From Bacteroidota bacterium (GTDB lineage: Bacteria; Bacteroidota; Ignavibacteria; UBA10030): a stretch of DNA of 64,000 nucleotides. Numbering within the stretch: position 1 is the first letter of the stretch; each line of letters begins with the position of its first letter. Both the position numbers and the translations under genes were made by a program. Of this stretch, positions 60,977 through 64,000 are shown piece by piece. The notes under the pieces are model-generated. The model was not told the DNA's origin. It saw only the letters and a program-made list of their open reading frames with translations, and ran no database searches. The stretch is from assembly GCA_049523215.1 (NCBI GenBank), contig JBEKNC010000010.1, forward strand, positions 663 through 64,662, written 5' to 3'.

Positions 60977-61705
60977 ATGGAAACCAAGAAACCGCGAGTC
61001 ACTTGGATCACCGGAGCGAGTACGGGAATCGGGAGAGCTCTCGCAGAAGTCTTCACTTCACGCGGCGATACCGTTATTGCAAGTGCAAGAACTGAATCGA
61101 AGTTGAACGAACTGTGCCGGCAAATTTCTGCTGCCCGTGGTACGTGCGAAATCATCAAGTGCGATGTGCAAAGCGAGGCTTCCGTGTTCGAAGCCGTAAA
61201 GAAAATTTTGGAACTGCATGGACATATTGATGTGCTTATCAATAACGCAGGGGTTACGTACTTCAAAGATTTCATGGATACATCAATAGAAGAGTTCGAT
61301 CATGTCATTACTACCAACCTCCGCGGAACATTCCTGACGACGAAAGCCGTTCTGCCGGCGATGCTTCAGAACCGGACCGGATTAGTGCTTAACATTCTAT
61401 CGTATATAGTAAAAGAAGTGTACGTAAAATCTGCCGTGTACTCTTCCTCGAAAGCGGGGGTTGAAGCGATGATGAATGTTCTTCGTTCTGAAGTCCGGCG
61501 GCAGGGTATCAATATTGTGAATGTCTATCCTGGCGCTGTCTCCACCCCGATCTGGCGTCAAAACCAACGTGAGAAATTCGGGAATCAAATGTTGACACCG
61601 GAACAAGTTGCAGAGATGCTCTATCACGTATCGATCCAGCCGTCATCGGTCATGGTGGAAGAAATTATTCTCCGGCCGCAAGGTGGAGACTTACAAGTAT
61701 CATGA
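60977..61705 (+). CDS. SDR oxidoreductase, probable Chlorobium-type sepiapterin reductase
   Basis: TGASTGIG, NNAG, YSSSK, C-terminal VEEIILRP..GDL; operonic with PTPS and folE. Confidence 0.75.
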   Translation: METKKPRVTWITGASTGIGRALAEVFTSRGDTVIASARTESKLNELCRQISAARGTCEIIKCDVQSEASVFEAVKKILELHGHIDVLINNAGVTYFKDFMDTSIEEFDHVITTNLRGTFLTTKAVLPAMLQNRTGLVLNILSYIVKEVYVKSAVYSSSKAGVEAMMNVLRSEVRRQGINIVNVYPGAVSTPIWRQNQREKFGNQMLTPEQVAEMLYHVSIQPSSVMVEEIILRPQGGDLQVS

Positions 61706-61839
61706 TTCCACCCTTCCCTCAGGTTTGAATGCCTTTTTGCTACCACTCTGCCGATTGAAACCCATATCTCCACGTTGAAGACTATTATTGCTTCAGCGAG
61801 CTGTGATGTGAGAAAATCAGCGGAGAGTTTTCTTGCAAC

Positions 61840-61868
61840 TTGATACACAATCCACCATTTGATATATT
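61840..61868 (+). promoter_or_regulatory. Promoter for the TPR lipoprotein gene
   Basis: TTGATA-N17-TATATT. Confidence 0.7.
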
Positions 61869-61878
61869 AGAGGTATCA

Positions 61879-64000
61879 ATGAAACGTACACCGTATATCC
61901 GAATTACCCTCAGTAGTGTCTGTTTGGTGATCGTATTTCTTTTTAGCGGTTGTTCTGTTTTCGGGCCCGTGGGACATGCGATCTCGCAGGGGTATGAAAA
62001 TTCCATCTCGTACTTCAACGGATACTATAATGCAAAGTGGTTGTTTGATGAAGCAGAAGATGAAATCCGATCAGATGCTTTGACAAAACGCGGTCAAGTA
62101 AGTTCAACGGCAACGGATGATCAAATTCCCGCAAGTGCAAAAGAAAAACTTCTCAAAGTCATTGATAAATGTTCAAATATTCTTGCGTTTCACTCTACAA
62201 GCACATTGGTAGACGATGCACTTATGCTCATTGGAAAATCCTTTTATTATCAAGCGGAATATCTTAAAGCAGAACGAAAATTTTCGGAGTTGTTGACTCA
62301 GTATCCTAACAGTCCGTTGGTATTAGAGACCCAGATATGGTATGCTCGAACAGAAGAAAAATTAAAGAAAATTGAAGCGGGCATTCGTATGTGTGAATCT
62401 ATAATTTCTGCTGCAAAATTGAGCGATGATAATAAAATCGAGACTCAAGCGCACCGTATCCTCGGCAGACTCTATCTTCAGGAAAAGCAAACCGATAAAG
62501 CCGTGATGGAATTTGAAAAAGAGATTGCACTTTTAAAAGATGACGATACAAAAGCCGAAGTGCAAATGAATCTCGGAAGTATTTATTTTTCTGGAGGCCA
62601 GTACGAGAAAGCAGCAGAAGCATATCTCCAAGTTGGAGACTTTACATCCGATATTTACTCGAACTATTACAGCAAGGTGCAAGCGGCTATTGTGTATCGT
62701 GAGATCAAAGAATATGAAAAAGGATTAACTCTGGTCGAAGCAATGATTGAGAATTTTCGGTATAAATCGTATTTACCTGACCTGATTTTTGAACGAGCCA
62801 ATAATTACGCGGCCAGCGGAAAGAAAAATGAAGCGATAGACGAATATATCTACGTTGACACAGCATATGCAAAATCGGAATACGCTCTACGCTCTGCGTA
62901 TCAGCTTGGGGTACTGTACGAAAAGGAACTTGGTGATTATCAGTTAGCATTGAAATATTATGCACAAGTGGACTCAGCTACAGGATCCAAATTCGTGTCT
63001 GATGGTCGTCTGAAATTTGCGGCTCTTAAAAGGTATTTTGGTGCTCGAAAGAAATTGCAAATAGCTGATAGTCTCTTGTTCGTTCTTACAGATACAACGC
63101 AGAAAACAATTTCAGATACGCTAACTACAATACTATCAGATACGACAAAGTATAGCAACGCACAAGTTTTTTCTCAATCAAAGCCACCGATTGCCGATTT
63201 GCTTCCATCGGTGTCCGATAGTACAAAGCTCAAAATTGATACGATTGCTTCTCAACTTATTATGAAGTCTCGTGTTGATTCGCTGATAATGCTTCGTTCT
63301 CTATTGAATTCAACACGACGTACAATTGCACAAGCTTCTTCTCGACACTCGCATGTCGGAGTTGACTCATTGACTGTGCTTAAATCTATCGCAGATTCAA
63401 TACAACAAAAAATCAGTCTAGTTTCTTCTCGAGTTGCATTATCCGGCGTTAATTCTTCCCGGTATAGCAATATACTAACTGCCCCTCAACCTGTTTTTCT
63501 CAGTGCCGACTCATGTAATGTGCTCAAATCTATTGCTGCACAAGACTTGGGAGATATCTTTTATTCAGAAGTCGTAGTGCCGGACTCTGCTTTCTACTGG
63601 TATGAAAAATCTCTTGCTTTGGACTATTCGCTTATCCGAAGCCCGCGCATTCTTTACATTCTTGCAGAACTTTCCAGGATGAATACCGGAAAAAAATATC
63701 ATACACCTGAAGAATACTATACACGTCTTGATCATGATTTCCCGGAATCCATCTATGCAGAAGAAGCGCGGCGATTTCTTGGAAAAGAAAGTTCTGTAAA
63801 GAAAACAGATAGCGCAGCGATTTCTTATGAGCAGGCTGAGAAACAGATTGAGACAAAACAGTACACCAATGCGATTAAAGCGTTTCACAACATTGCACAA
63901 TCATACCCCAAGTCGCCATTAGCTGCTAAAAGTGAATATGCGATTGGGTGGATTCTTGAGAACCATCTCGAACAGCCGGAAAGCGCTCTTGTGCAGTATC
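61879..64000 (+). CDS. TPR-repeat lipoprotein (SprE/PorW-like), truncated by window end
   Basis: Translated manually and open to 64000; lipobox FSGC, YFNGYYNA, repeated TPR helices. Confidence 0.8.
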   Translation, partial: MKRTPYIRITLSSVCLVIVFLFSGCSVFGPVGHAISQGYENSISYFNGYYNAKWLFDEAEDEIRSDALTKRGQVSSTATDDQIPASAKEKLLKVIDKCSNILAFHSTSTLVDDALMLIGKSFYYQAEYLKAERKFSELLTQYPNSPLVLETQIWYARTEEKLKKIEAGIRMCESIISAAKLSDDNKIETQAHRILGRLYLQEKQTDKAVMEFEKEIALLKDDDTKAEVQMNLGSIYFSGGQYEKAAEAYLQVGDFTSDIYSNYYSKVQAAIVYREIKEYEKGLTLVEAMIENFRYKSYLPDLIFERANNYAASGKKNEAIDEYIYVDTAYAKSEYALRSAYQLGVLYEKELGDYQLALKYYAQVDSATGSKFVSDGRLKFAALKRYFGARKKLQIADSLLFVLTDTTQKTISDTLTTILSDTTKYSNAQVFSQSKPPIADLLPSVSDSTKLKIDTIASQLIMKSRVDSLIMLRSLLNSTRRTIAQASSRHSHVGVDSLTVLKSIADSIQQKISLVSSRVALSGVNSSRYSNILTAPQPVFLSADSCNVLKSIAAQDLGDIFYSEVVVPDSAFYWYEKSLALDYSLIRSPRILYILAELSRMNTGKKYHTPEEYYTRLDHDFPESIYAEEARRFLGKESSVKKTDSAAISYEQAEKQIETKQYTNAIKAFHNIAQSYPKSPLAAKSEYAIGWILENHLEQPESALVQY

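Overview
A 64-kb bacterial chromosomal segment, most consistent with the FCB group (Ignavibacteriota/Chlorobiota-like). This is inferred from SusC/SusD, a GWxTD protein, stand-alone atpD-atpC, a Chlorobium-type folE/PTPS/SDR cluster, strong Shine-Dalgarno use and TTGACA-N17-TATATT promoters. Most genes are housekeeping: yihA, ssb, B12 riboswitch-btuB, fumarase, ybaK, mntP, atpDC, manC, rlpA, purF, ftsY, mutL, maf, csp, nfeD/SPFH, two tRNA-Ser and peroxiredoxins. Five things stand out. (1) An intact tRNA-Thr(CGT) is nested inside a second, anticodon-less tRNA-Thr shell, and the two are joined by a 13-bp inverted repeat, all in one transcription unit (36129-36400). (2) A 4.77-kb IS1-family cargo transposon (16524-21296) has perfect 16-bp IRs and an 8-bp TSD, and carries MazEF, unknown genes and two promoter/terminator-bounded candidate small RNAs flanking the transposase. 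(3) A cluster of three glutamate dehydrogenases contains two receiver/PPDK-like partner genes, one broken by an apparent 25-nt microhomology deletion. (4) A full-length family-B DNA polymerase has its catalytic residues replaced. (5) An alanine racemase remnant is internally deleted. No CRISPR array or rRNA was seen. Family assignments come from motif recognition without database searches.
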